A DNA stretch of 24,214 nt, taken from positions 1 to 24,214 of the forward strand of contig JACPVN010000148.1 of NCBI GenBank assembly GCA_016191715.1, in the 5' to 3' direction. Below the pieces are notes generated by a model. It ran no database searches and was not told the DNA's origin. It saw only the letters and a list, made by a program, of their open reading frames with translations. A program made the position numbers and the translations under genes. The DNA comes from Ignavibacteriota bacterium. Lineage in GTDB: Bacteria; Bacteroidota; Ignavibacteria; UBA10030; SZUA-254. Below, one piece after another: positions 9,901-19,945 of this stretch (position 1 is its first letter; each line of letters begins with the position of its first letter).

Positions 9901-12900
9901 TTCATCAAAAAAGAAAAAATACATTTGTAACAATACTTCGCTTCGTACTACCTGTTGTTTGCTTCGTTCTTGTTTCACTTTGGACGATTCAAAAGAATGT
10001 TCCGATGAGCAGTCAGGCTTTTGTTCCATCACGGTTGAAGGCGACGTTCGCGTATCAAGCCGCAAAATGGTACAACGACCGCCGGGCGTTTCCGAGCGGA
10101 ATAATTCCTGTGGATTGGAAAGAGAAAGCGCTCAATCAAATCGAACAAAACAACCATACTTTTGCTAAGACTTCCGGTGTCACTCAGCTCTCCTGGCAAT
10201 CACTTGGACCGACGAATATTGCCGGTCGGCTTCGTTCGATTGTAGTTGATAAAGACCATCCGGAAACATTGTATGTCGGTTCGGTGAGCGGCGGGATATG
10301 GAAAACGACAAACGGAGGAAGTTCGTGGAGTTCCACTTCAGACTTTGCGGCAAACCTTTGCATCGGAACGATGGTGATGGACCCGACGAACCCGAATATT
10401 ATTTACGCGGGAACGGGAGAAGGATATTTTAATATTGATGCGTTGCGCGGTGCTGGTGTGTTGAAGTCAACAGATGGCGGTGCGAACTGGTCGTTGCAAA
10501 CAAATTTTGCAAATCCACATTCCCGATATTCGTACTACTACATCAATAAACTCGTCATTCGTCCTGATAATCCTAACGTTCTGTACGCGGCGATGATTGG
10601 TGGAATCTGGAAGACGACGAACGGCGGCTCGCTCTGGACAAAACTCAATGTGGGCAACTCGTCTGTGTTCTGTATGGATTTGGTCGCAAATCCTGATTTT
10701 CCCGACATTATGTACGCATCATTCGGTTTATTCATGCCGGGAAATGATGGAATTTATAAAACAACCGACGGCGGCGCGAACTGGACAAAACTGACAAACG
10801 GTTTTCCTTCACCAGTCTCAGGTTACACCCGCATTAGTCTGGCTATTGCACCGAGCGACCCTGATGTTTTGTATGCTTCGCTTGCGGATTCAAATTTTTA
10901 TACACACAGCATCCAGAAATCAACGAATGGCGGCAACAGTTGGTTTGCAGTTTCCTCGCCGTATGATAATTCGGTAACAGTGCGCGGAACTCATCTCGGT
11001 GGTCAGGGATTTTACAATAACACCATCGCTGTTCATCCGAACAATGAAAATATTGTATATGCCGGAGGAATAAATATTTTTCGTTCGAGTAATGGTGGTA
11101 CAGGTTGGACCCGGCTTCTTGATGCAAACGGAGTTTCAAACTTCCATGTTGACCAACACGCTATAGTATTTCATCCAAAGAACCCATCTACAATTTTCTT
11201 TGGAAATGATGGAGGCATCTATAAAACAACAAATGATGGCGTATCATTTAGTTCGCTTAATAACGGATTGCTGGTGACGCAGTTTTATAGTGGCGCGACA
11301 CATCCGACGGTAAATTATTTTTTCGGTGGAACGCAGGATAACGGAACATTGATGAGGTCAACTTCATCTGCCTGGCAACCAATACTCCCAGGCGATGGCG
11401 GTCCGGTGATTGTCAATTATCGAGACCCCGATACTGTTTATATGTCGTATGTCTATCTTTCGATTTATAGATCGGTGTTTGGCGGTACAGGTCCGCAACG
11501 AATGATGCTTGGAATTCCTATTGAAACCGGAACTACCTGGACATCTGACCGATGTTCGTTCATCGCACCGTTAGTAATGGACCCGAACAATCCGAATGTG
11601 TTGTATGGTGGAACATATAGGTTATTCAAAACAGCCAGCGCGGCTGAATCATGGTCGGCAATCACGGATGATTTAACGGGAAGTGGTGCGGGCGGCGTTC
11701 AAACATCTGGCGCAACTATCACAGCAATTGCTATTGCAAAATCTGATTCTAAAATTATATATGTAGGCACAAGCGGTTGGTCAGGCGTTCGCTCACGTGT
11801 AATGATATCAACGAACGGTGGAGGTAATTGGGCTCAACACGATCAAATTCCTTTGCCGAACCGCGAAGTCAGTTCAATCGCTATTGACCCGCTTAATGCA
11901 AACAGGGCGTACGTTGGATATTCAGGGTATGGAACAGGCACAGCAACAACCGGTCATGTCTATATGACAACAAATCGTGGAAGCAACTGGTCGAACATCA
12001 GCGGAAACTTGCCTGATATTCCAGTCAACTCAATGGTTATTGACCCGAAGCAGTTGACGCACGTAATCATCGGGACTGACCTTGGTGTGTTTGAAACCAC
12101 GAACGGAGGAACAACTTGGTCTCAGGAGAACGATGGACTTGCAAACGTCGCTGTTCATGATTTGGACATTCGGGAAGACGGATTTATTCTTGCTGCTACA
12201 CATGGCCGCGGGATGTTTCTTTCTAAAACGGATTTGTATTCGGGGCTTGCATTGTACTTTCCATCCCAAACTGCTTCCAACATTTCGACGAATCCAACAT
12301 TACGCTGGAAACATTCAGACTCTGCAACCGTGTATCGTTTGCAAGTTGCGACCGACCCGACGTTTGCTACCGGAATTGTTTACAGTGATTCAAACTTGAC
12401 TGATACTGTACAGGCGATTTCGGGTTTATCATTGAATTCGACATACTTTTGGCAGGTCAGCATTAAAAAATTGTCAGGAAAAACTTCTTCGTCACCGATT
12501 TGGAGTTTCACAACAATCGGAACGTATCCGCCATCGTTCTTTGCAAGTGTTTCGATTGATTTTCCGAATTATTCTTCTCAAGGAGGTTACTCGACAACGG
12601 ACTACCGGCTTGTAGGACTTCCCGGTTTAAGCAATTTGAGGATTGATAGTTTGTTCTCCGGAACTCATAAAACCGACTGGCAAGTCTATTGGGATAACGG
12701 CGCCGCTTCAGATTATTTGATTGAGTATAACGGAAGTTCAGATTTTCGTTTCTCTTCCGGACGCGCGTTTTGGATGCTGAACAAAGGAGATTGGAATTTT
12801 TCAGGAACACTCAATTCAATGCCAATGAATAATGATGCAGTGGAAATACCGTTACACTCCGGTTGGAATATGATTACGGGTCCATATCCGTTTGCCGTTA

Positions 12901-13814
12901 CTTGGGCAACTATCAAATCGGCAAACAGCGTTACTGAATCATTATGGGGATTTAAGGGAAGTTTCATTTCTTCAACTTCCCTAGAGCCATATAACGGTTA
13001 TTATTTTTTCAATTCTACAAACTTGACTTCTCTGAAAGTTCCTTATGGGAGTTCGCTTGGAAAGTTAGTTGATGAAGAAAGCGAATCGGTGAACGATTGG
13101 CAAGTGAGCATCGGACTTCAAACAAAAACGTATTCTGAGAATGTGGTTTCGTTCGGAGTTGTTACATCATCATCAATCGGATTGGATAAATTCGATGTTC
13201 GCCGACCGCGAACAGTCGGAGAAACTCCTTCGGTTATTTTCTCCCGAACAGAATGGGATGATTTGTACAGCACGTTTGCAACCGACTTCAAACCGGAAAT
13301 ACAGGATTCTCAAAGTTGGAAATTTGAAGTTTTGAATACAAGGAGAAAATCCGTTTCGCTCTCCTTTGATGGAGTGAAAACTATTCCTCGGCAGTTCGAT
13401 GTATTTCTCATTGATGAAACACGCGGCATGAAGCAAAATCTCAGAAGCAATTCCACGTATACTTTTTCATCAACAAGCGATAGACATGAGTTCGTTGTTG
13501 TGGTAGGAAAGAAAGAAACGCTTGCCGGATATCTGAATACTGTTGCACCGAAAGAGTTTTACCTGAGTGATAACTTTCCCAATCCGTTTAACCCGACGAC
13601 GAATTTCGAATTTCGAATAGCCCATTTCGAATTTGTCTCATTGAAGATATATAACCTTGCGGGGCAAGAAGTGGCTTCATTAGTGGAAGAATCAAAAGAA
13701 AGCGGAACGTACATAGTCGAGTGGAACGCAGCGAATCTGCCGTCGGGGGTTTATCTTGCACAGTTCAGGGCGGGAACGTTTTCTTCCTTCAAGAAAATTT
13801 TACTGCTGAAGTAA
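9897..13814 (+). CDS. Secreted Asp-box/BNR (VPS10/sortilin-like) beta-propeller protein with FN3-like domain and T9SS type-A C-terminal domain
   Basis: N-terminal hydrophobic segment; about ten (K/R)(S/T)T(D/N)GGxxW repeats; YRLQVATDPTF...YFWQV FN3-like segment; C-terminal DNFPNPFNPTT...SGVYLAQF...KKILLLK. ATGA overlap with the ispD stop. Confidence 0.8.
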   Translation: MIHQKRKNTFVTILRFVLPVVCFVLVSLWTIQKNVPMSSQAFVPSRLKATFAYQAAKWYNDRRAFPSGIIPVDWKEKALNQIEQNNHTFAKTSGVTQLSWQSLGPTNIAGRLRSIVVDKDHPETLYVGSVSGGIWKTTNGGSSWSSTSDFAANLCIGTMVMDPTNPNIIYAGTGEGYFNIDALRGAGVLKSTDGGANWSLQTNFANPHSRYSYYYINKLVIRPDNPNVLYAAMIGGIWKTTNGGSLWTKLNVGNSSVFCMDLVANPDFPDIMYASFGLFMPGNDGIYKTTDGGANWTKLTNGFPSPVSGYTRISLAIAPSDPDVLYASLADSNFYTHSIQKSTNGGNSWFAVSSPYDNSVTVRGTHLGGQGFYNNTIAVHPNNENIVYAGGINIFRSSNGGTGWTRLLDANGVSNFHVDQHAIVFHPKNPSTIFFGNDGGIYKTTNDGVSFSSLNNGLLVTQFYSGATHPTVNYFFGGTQDNGTLMRSTSSAWQPILPGDGGPVIVNYRDPDTVYMSYVYLSIYRSVFGGTGPQRMMLGIPIETGTTWTSDRCSFIAPLVMDPNNPNVLYGGTYRLFKTASAAESWSAITDDLTGSGAGGVQTSGATITAIAIAKSDSKIIYVGTSGWSGVRSRVMISTNGGGNWAQHDQIPLPNREVSSIAIDPLNANRAYVGYSGYGTGTATTGHVYMTTNRGSNWSNISGNLPDIPVNSMVIDPKQLTHVIIGTDLGVFETTNGGTTWSQENDGLANVAVHDLDIREDGFILAATHGRGMFLSKTDLYSGLALYFPSQTASNISTNPTLRWKHSDSATVYRLQVATDPTFATGIVYSDSNLTDTVQAISGLSLNSTYFWQVSIKKLSGKTSSSPIWSFTTIGTYPPSFFASVSIDFPNYSSQGGYSTTDYRLVGLPGLSNLRIDSLFSGTHKTDWQVYWDNGAASDYLIEYNGSSDFRFSSGRAFWMLNKGDWNFSGTLNSMPMNNDAVEIPLHSGWNMITGPYPFAVTWATIKSANSVTESLWGFKGSFISSTSLEPYNGYYFFNSTNLTSLKVPYGSSLGKLVDEESESVNDWQVSIGLQTKTYSENVVSFGVVTSSSIGLDKFDVRRPRTVGETPSVIFSRTEWDDLYSTFATDFKPEIQDSQSWKFEVLNTRRKSVSLSFDGVKTIPRQFDVFLIDETRGMKQNLRSNSTYTFSSTSDRHEFVVVVGKKETLAGYLNTVAPKEFYLSDNFPNPFNPTTNFEFRIAHFEFVSLKIYNLAGQEVASLVEESKESGTYIVEWNAANLPSGVYLAQFRAGTFSSFKKILLLK

Positions 13815-13827
13815 GAGGAGTTTATCC

Positions 13828-14337
13828 ATGAGAGTATTTTTGAAATCAACATCGTTCAGACTGTTTCTTATCGTTTGTTTCTTCAATTTGATGTTGTCAA
13901 CTGAATCAAGTGCGGAGAACAATCATGCAAGCGTCAGCAACATTCGATTCGAGCAACTTGATGAACGTGTCATCATTACTTATGATTTATCAGGCAATTC
14001 GAGTAATCGTTATGATGTATCCATATTGCTGAAAAAGAAGAGTGACCCGTCATTCGGGTTTGAACCGAAACTTCTGACAGGAAACATTGGTGGTGGCATT
14101 GCATGCGGAGAAAATCTTGCAGTCGTGTGGAGTAATGATGAAGAAATTCCCGATGATTTGAGAAACGGTGATTATTATTTCGTCGGTTACGCTTCAGAGG
14201 TAGAAGAATCTTCAATCAGTCCCTGGATATGGATAGGAGCCGTATTAATTGTGGGTGGAATTGTCTATTTGATTGTTAGCAAATCAAAAGAGGAAACACC
14301 AAACGAATTTCCAACTCCGCCTGGGCGACCGAACTGA
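13828..14337 (+). CDS. Hypothetical exported protein with beta-sandwich-like domain, C-terminal TM helix and Pro-rich tail
   Basis: Signal-like N-terminus ending SSA; SNIRFEQ...IITYDL...LTGNIG...VVW core; TM PWIWIGAVLIVGGIVYLIV; tail FPTPPGRPN; GAGGAG ribosome site upstream. Confidence 0.7.
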   Translation: MRVFLKSTSFRLFLIVCFFNLMLSTESSAENNHASVSNIRFEQLDERVIITYDLSGNSSNRYDVSILLKKKSDPSFGFEPKLLTGNIGGGIACGENLAVVWSNDEEIPDDLRNGDYYFVGYASEVEESSISPWIWIGAVLIVGGIVYLIVSKSKEETPNEFPTPPGRPN

Positions 14338-14378
14338 GGCGTGGTCAATAAATTTTCTTTAATATTTCAATAAAACAC

Positions 14379-14409
14379 TTGATTTTATCAAAAACCTTTC
14401 GTAAGTTTG
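14379..14409 (+). promoter_or_regulatory. Putative housekeeping promoter for the downstream secreted-protein array
   Basis: TTG (14379-81), 20 nt, then TAAGTTTG (14402-09), matching the Bacteroidota TTTG-N19-21-TAnnTTTG consensus. It also reads TTGATT-N17-TAAGTT. AT-rich spacer, 52 nt before ATG 14462. Confidence 0.55.
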
Positions 14410-14461
14410 AACCATAGTTAATAATCTAATTTACTTCCTAATACCATCTCTGGGAAAAACC

Positions 14462-15616
14462 ATGAAAAAGTATTTACCATTTATTTCTGTTTGTCTTTTG
14501 CTCTTTGCATTTGCTTTGATGTTTGAACAGACCGCAACTGCACAGGCGCCGATGAAATTCAGAACATTTCGTGCATCAGATTATCGTTCTCAATCAACTC
14601 CCAAAAGTCGTTCAGGATATATTTTACGAGGACGACTACCCAATGCGGGAAACGTTCGTGACACTGTTTTCTTGAATCGCGGTTTCAGTTGGGAAGCGCC
14701 GGAAGATGGCGGTTTCTTACGCGTAGGACATCGTCATACTGATAGTTCGCGCTGGTACGGTTGGTTTTTCTATTTCCGATGGCATTACAGTGCGCCGGAA
14801 GTACGATATTACATTTTCAGTCCTTCAGCATTAGCGAAGAGTCCGGACTATTTAAAAGTTCGGGGTGAGGTAAGAACGACGACCTATTTCGGAAATGCAG
14901 GCAACGCGCTTACTCAGAACCTCACTGCAATGAAAACCAATATCGCCGCAAGCGATTTGGGAATTACTCCAACAGGGTTTGGTGACCTTGTCTTCAATCA
15001 GGCGAACGGACCGGAAACGATTTTTAATGGAAAGACAATTCGGGAAATTGTAATGTTAGGAGATTCGGCAGTAACATTGGGAAAATTACAAAAAACAAAG
15101 TACCCTTCATCGTTACTTTCACTTGTCAATACTGTGATGGCTCGAATTAACACCGAGTTTTATTCTTCTGTTGTTGAGACCATTAAAACGAAACCGTTAA
15201 TGATACAAGGCGCGAAGTTACTTTCAGCAGTCCCGTATTTGTATTATGACCCGACGCGTCTTATGCCATGGAACAGAAACAGAACACAGGTTCGCATCAG
15301 CAATCCGAACAGTTATATCCCGGCAATGCCGGAAAGTTATTCGTTGGAACAGAACTATCCCAATCCTTTCAACCCAAGTACCGTTCTTAGTTATCCGTTA
15401 TCTGTTACAAGTACTGTGACGTTAACTGTGTATGATGCCGTTGGTCGGGTAGTTGCAAGATTAGTGAACGATGTACAGGATGCCGGAGTTCAAACATCGG
15501 AATGGAATGCAGAAGGACTTGCAAGCGGCGTATATTTCTACAAACTTGAAGCGACAAGTCTCACGCAACCTGATGAATCTTTTGTTCAAATGAAAAAGAT
15601 GTTGCTCTTGCGGTAA
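14462..15616 (+). CDS. T9SS type-A sorting domain protein with uncharacterised N-terminal domain
   Basis: Signal peptide MKKYLPFISVCLLLFAFALMFEQTATA; C-terminal EQNYPNPFNPST...ASGVYFYKL...KKMLLLR. Confidence 0.8.
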   Translation: MKKYLPFISVCLLLFAFALMFEQTATAQAPMKFRTFRASDYRSQSTPKSRSGYILRGRLPNAGNVRDTVFLNRGFSWEAPEDGGFLRVGHRHTDSSRWYGWFFYFRWHYSAPEVRYYIFSPSALAKSPDYLKVRGEVRTTTYFGNAGNALTQNLTAMKTNIAASDLGITPTGFGDLVFNQANGPETIFNGKTIREIVMLGDSAVTLGKLQKTKYPSSLLSLVNTVMARINTEFYSSVVETIKTKPLMIQGAKLLSAVPYLYYDPTRLMPWNRNRTQVRISNPNSYIPAMPESYSLEQNYPNPFNPSTVLSYPLSVTSTVTLTVYDAVGRVVARLVNDVQDAGVQTSEWNAEGLASGVYFYKLEATSLTQPDESFVQMKKMLLLR

Positions 15617-15657
15617 GGACATTTATACAATGGAATGTTAGAGTATTGGAAATATCT

Positions 15658-15816
15658 ATGTAAGAGAAGGCGATGATTCTTCACAAGATTATTAAAAACC
15701 CGTTCATGTGTTTTAAGAGATTAGAACACGGAGCGGGTTTTTGTGCTTTTACAACTAAGCAATGGCTCATTCTTTTTGTTATGCATATTTTATTATGCAA
15801 TTATTCTCAAGCGCAA
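15658..15816 (+). repeat. Conserved leader module copy 1 (SD-like site, ATG, hairpin-encoding N-extension, signal peptide)
   Basis: Clearly homologous to 19946-20125. Contains hairpin 15694-15742 with GAGA loop followed by GTGCTTTT. Confidence 0.85.
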
Positions 15817-17565
15817 GATACTACCCATATTGTCGTTTCTCAAGGATGGAATTTAATTTCCCTACCGATAGAGCCTGCGCAATCAAGCGTGACAGAACTT
15901 TTTCCTAACGCTGTATCGAAAGCGTTTTATTATGATGGGCAGTATATTGCAATGGATACACTGAGACCGGAAATAGGCTATTGGCTGAAGTTTGCTCAGT
16001 CAGAAACAATCATGCTAACAGGCAAACAAATTTCCTGTCATGTGTTTACATTGCGTTCTGGATGGAACCTCATCGGGACGCCGGGCGAACAAGTCGGCGT
16101 GAATGATCTTAAAACTTCTCCAGAGGGAATTCTTGCTACAGGTTTCTACGGATACGATTCTATTGGCTACACAATTGTAGATGATAGTCTTCTGCCTGGA
16201 CATGGATATTGGGTAAAGTCGAGGCAGAGAGGAACAATGCTCATTCCATTTTCTAAATACACACCACCCATCTTAATTTCACCGGCCGATAGCTCAGATT
16301 ACCAAAGTACCTATCCTCTCTTTACGTGGAGTGAAATCCAGTGTAAGAATTTCTACTATCTGCAAGTTTCGCAAGACTCGACATTTACATCTGCCATTTA
16401 TGATGATTCTCTGTTGGATTAATCAAAAAAGCGTGTGTGTTTGTCGTACGGTACATCATATTACTGGCGTGTGGCGGCACGATATGAAGGCGGACTTCGT
16501 GGTGGTTGGTCAAACATCAGGCAACTTACGACCGCAGAACCTTCTGATAGTTTGAGATGGGAGTTTCTTGGATTTCCTCATCAAGGTCGTGATTACACAA
16601 ACCAACTTAGTATCGCTGTCCACCCTGAAAATGATTCAATAATTTATGTTGGAATAGGAAGTAATTTCTCAGCAGGACACCAGGGCAAAATATACAAGAC
16701 AACGAATTTAGGAGCAACATGGGATACGCTTGTTGAGGGAGTAACAGCAACAACCATCGTTATTCATCCACAGAATCCTGACATCGTCTATGTTGGATTA
16801 AGTGCCGCTAATTACACCCCTCCCGGCATCATCAAAACATCCGATGGTGGTACTTCTTGGTCCTGGTCAGATTATGGCATCTATATTGATTGGGAAACAT
16901 TTCCCGTCGAGATCGAAATTGACCTGCTCCATCCTGATACAATGTTCGCAGGCACGTCGTCGTTTTATGCCTCACAAGGTAGGATATACAAGACAACAGA
17001 TGCCGGCAGACGCTGGTTTAGACCAACAGTGAGTGATTCATTAACCGGAAATATATCAGTCATAGCAATTCATCCCGAAACTACATCAATTGTTTTTGTA
17101 GCGAGAGGCGTGATAGGACATCTTTTCCGATCTTCGGATGGTGGGTTTAACTGGAAACAAAATTCATTATCATTTGATACGGCTTCTATTTATGATGTAG
17201 AGTTTGATCCTGTGAATCCAAATGTTTTGTATGCTATCATTACTCCTTATGATTATCCTGTAAAAATTTACAAAACTACGGATGGTGGAATGAATTGGTT
17301 CAATTCAAGTAATGGACTTCCTCAATTACGAACGCATGGGTTTTATGATATTCTTATTAGGCAATGTACCTGTGAAATATTCCTTATTTCAGGTCAAGGA
17401 CTATACCATAGTTCAAATCAAGGAGATTTATGGCGTCCAATTTCACTCCCAAGTAGTAATTGGCTCGAAGGTGCTGCGTTATCAAAAGATGGAACATATT
17501 TATATGTAGCAATATCTAACTCTGGTATTTATCGTACAAGACTTATAACAAATGTATTAGATTAA
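15673..17565 (+). pseudogene. Secreted GWN/GYW-domain + FN3-like + Asp-box beta-propeller protein interrupted by an in-frame TAA (16420-16422)
   Basis: ORFs 15673-16422 and 16435-17565 share one frame. The sequence reads YLQVSQDSTF...DDSLLD*SKKRVCLSYGTSYYWRV straight through an FN3-like domain (cf. YRLQISTTINF...TKYYWRV at ~19090-19210). Six Asp-box repeats follow; there is no CTD. Confidence 0.75.
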
Positions 17566-17607
17566 ATCACAATGTACCAATAACAATCAATAAAAGGATT
17601 ATTTATT

Positions 17608-19903
17608 ATGTCCAATATATTTTTTCTTTGCGGTCGTACCTTCACAATCATGATTATGTTCTATATCTATAGTGTTACCTGTTTTTCTCAAGATGAAATC
17701 ATGCAAGGATATTATCAAGGAGAACAAATAGAATACATAGGAAATCAGATTTGTGTAAAAATACGACCAAACGTAGATGTACAAACCGTGAGTGCTTTGT
17801 TCAGCAACTACGATGGTGAACTCATAAGTAATTTCAACAGCCTCCGCTGGGGTGTTATTCAATTGCCACAAGGTAGCGATATTTTTCCGCTCATTGACAG
17901 TTTGAAACAAAATTTACTCATTGAAGAAGCTGAACCAAATGGGGTTGGTCGTGAGCATTATGACCCTAATGACTATTACTATGGTCTGGGTTATCAGTGG
18001 AGTTTGTACAATTATGGCCAACAACCAACAGGCGGAACACCGGGTGCCGACATAAAAGTACGGCAAGCATGGGATATTACTCGAGGAAGTTCAAATATCC
18101 TTATTGCTGTTCTTGATAGCGGAATACCATACGAACATTAACACATCAATTAGTACATCCAGACTTATCAAATAATGCAAGATTTATTTTGGGTCCGGAT
18201 TTTACAGATCCAATATACAACTCTGATCGCTCGGTGAGGGATAATTCCGGTCACGGCACACATGTTACTGGTATAATAGCCGCTGAAACAAATAACAATA
18301 TCGGCATAGCAGGTATTGCAGGTGGATGTAAAATACTGGTTATTCAGGTCTTTGGATCTGGTGGGATACCTCAAAGTATTTTTGCAAACGGTGTTATTGC
18401 GGCGGCAGATAGCGGTGCAAGAATAATTAATTTTAGTGGTGGCATTGGAGGCAATTACCAGCAAGCCCGCGATGCCGTTCAGTATGCAAATTCAAGAGGA
18501 ACCCTGCTCGTCGTATCAACAGGAAACGATGGGTATGTTGAATATCCTGCACGTTACTCACTTGAATACTCCAATGTCATTGCCGTCGGTTCTACTACGA
18601 AGGATGATGCGGTGGTATGGAATTCAGGGAAAGGGACTGCTGTTTCGGTAACAGCTCCAGGCGGTGATACGAACCCATTTTGCCCCGAAATAGACCCTCC
18701 CGGTGGTTGTATAACTGTTCCCGATGCAGTGAGAATTTATTCCACATTTCCTCCATATCTTGGACAATCTTTTAAGTGGGCGTCAGGAACCTCAATGGCT
18801 GCACCGCATGTATCTGGAATTGCCGCCTTAATTCTCTCGGCACAACCGTGTTTGTCAGTATCTGATGTTCGGTCAATTATAGAATCGACAGCAGATATAA
18901 AGGCTCGCCTGGATGGGACATATATTATGGCCATGGTCGTGTGAATGCAAACAAAGCTATGATGCGCGCATTAATGGACTTTCGACCGTGTCCGCCAAGT
19001 CTTGCTTCTCCTACAAATTGTGAAGTCGTTTCAAATCCGCCAACGCTTACATGGAATTCCGCGCTTTTGTCATCTGGACCAATCAATTATCGCTTACAAA
19101 TTTCAACAACCATTAATTTTACAAGTACGGTATTGGATGTTTCTGGTATCGACACTGGGTCCTATGCTACTTCCGGGTTAGCCAACACAACCAAGTATTA
19201 CTGGCGGGTGATGGCAACTAATGCAGTAGGTTCGAGTTCTTGGTCTGAGTCAAGGTCTTTTTATACCGCACCGCTAGCAGTACCGACTCTCTCCGGGACT
19301 TCGGTGAGAATCGGTAACGATCTTTTTCCTAGACTTTCATGGTCATGGAATAGTGTCGGCTGTGGCGACATGTACACTCTTTATCGTTACATATGCGAGT
19401 CGCCTGCAGATTGCGAAAGTGAACCCCTATTAGGTCCAACAATTGTGTATGCTGGAACCGCTACATCATTCACAGATGGTTTAGCTTTGGGTACACAGCC
19501 CACCTATGCGTTCTACTACGTCACTGCATCGGCTAATGGCGGTCAAAGTACTTCTAATCCATCCAACAAAGTTTCTTATCAACTAAAGTATGCCTCGAAG
19601 TATGGCTCTGACTTGGCAAACCCTCCCGGCACTATTCCAAAAGAAACCAAGATTGATGATTGTTATCCCAACCCATTCAACCCGTTAACTGTTATTCGTT
19701 ATCAGTTATCGGAAGATTTGCATGTGAAGATAACTGTGTTCAATACACTCGGAGTTGAAGTTGCAACTCTCGTTGATGGAGTTATGTCGGCGGGATACAA
19801 GTCGGTCGAGTTCGATGCTACATCATTACCAAGCGGCGTTTATTTTTACAAACTCACCGCCGGCTCTCATTCAGACGTGAAGAAGATGGTGTTGGCTCGA
19901 TAA
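17608..19903 (+). pseudogene. S8 subtilisin-like protease with prodomain, FN3-like domains and T9SS CTD, split by two single-base deletions
   Basis: The catalytic motifs are spread over the pieces: IAVLDSGIP (ORF1), GHGTHVTG, STGN and GTSMAAPHV (ORF2), FN3-like and YPNPFNP CTD (ORF3). Adding 1 nt near 18128 and 1 nt near 18897 gives DSGIPIRTLTHQLVHPDL and ESTADDKGSPGWDIYYGHGRVNA and a 766-codon frame. Confidence 0.8.
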
Positions 19904-19945
19904 GGAAACTTTTAGTAAACAGAAATCGAGAAAATTATTTCAACG

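Noticed and set aside
16420-16422. Stop-codon reassignment or programmed readthrough of TAA
   Set aside because: TAA is the normal stop of ppdK, queA and several other genes here. It is not UGA/UAG, and no SECIS-like element was recognised.
18120-18905. Programmed -1 ribosomal frameshifts in the S8 gene
   Set aside because: No X XXY YYZ slippery heptamer at either junction, and two successive shifts would be needed. Simple single-base deletions restore family-like motifs.
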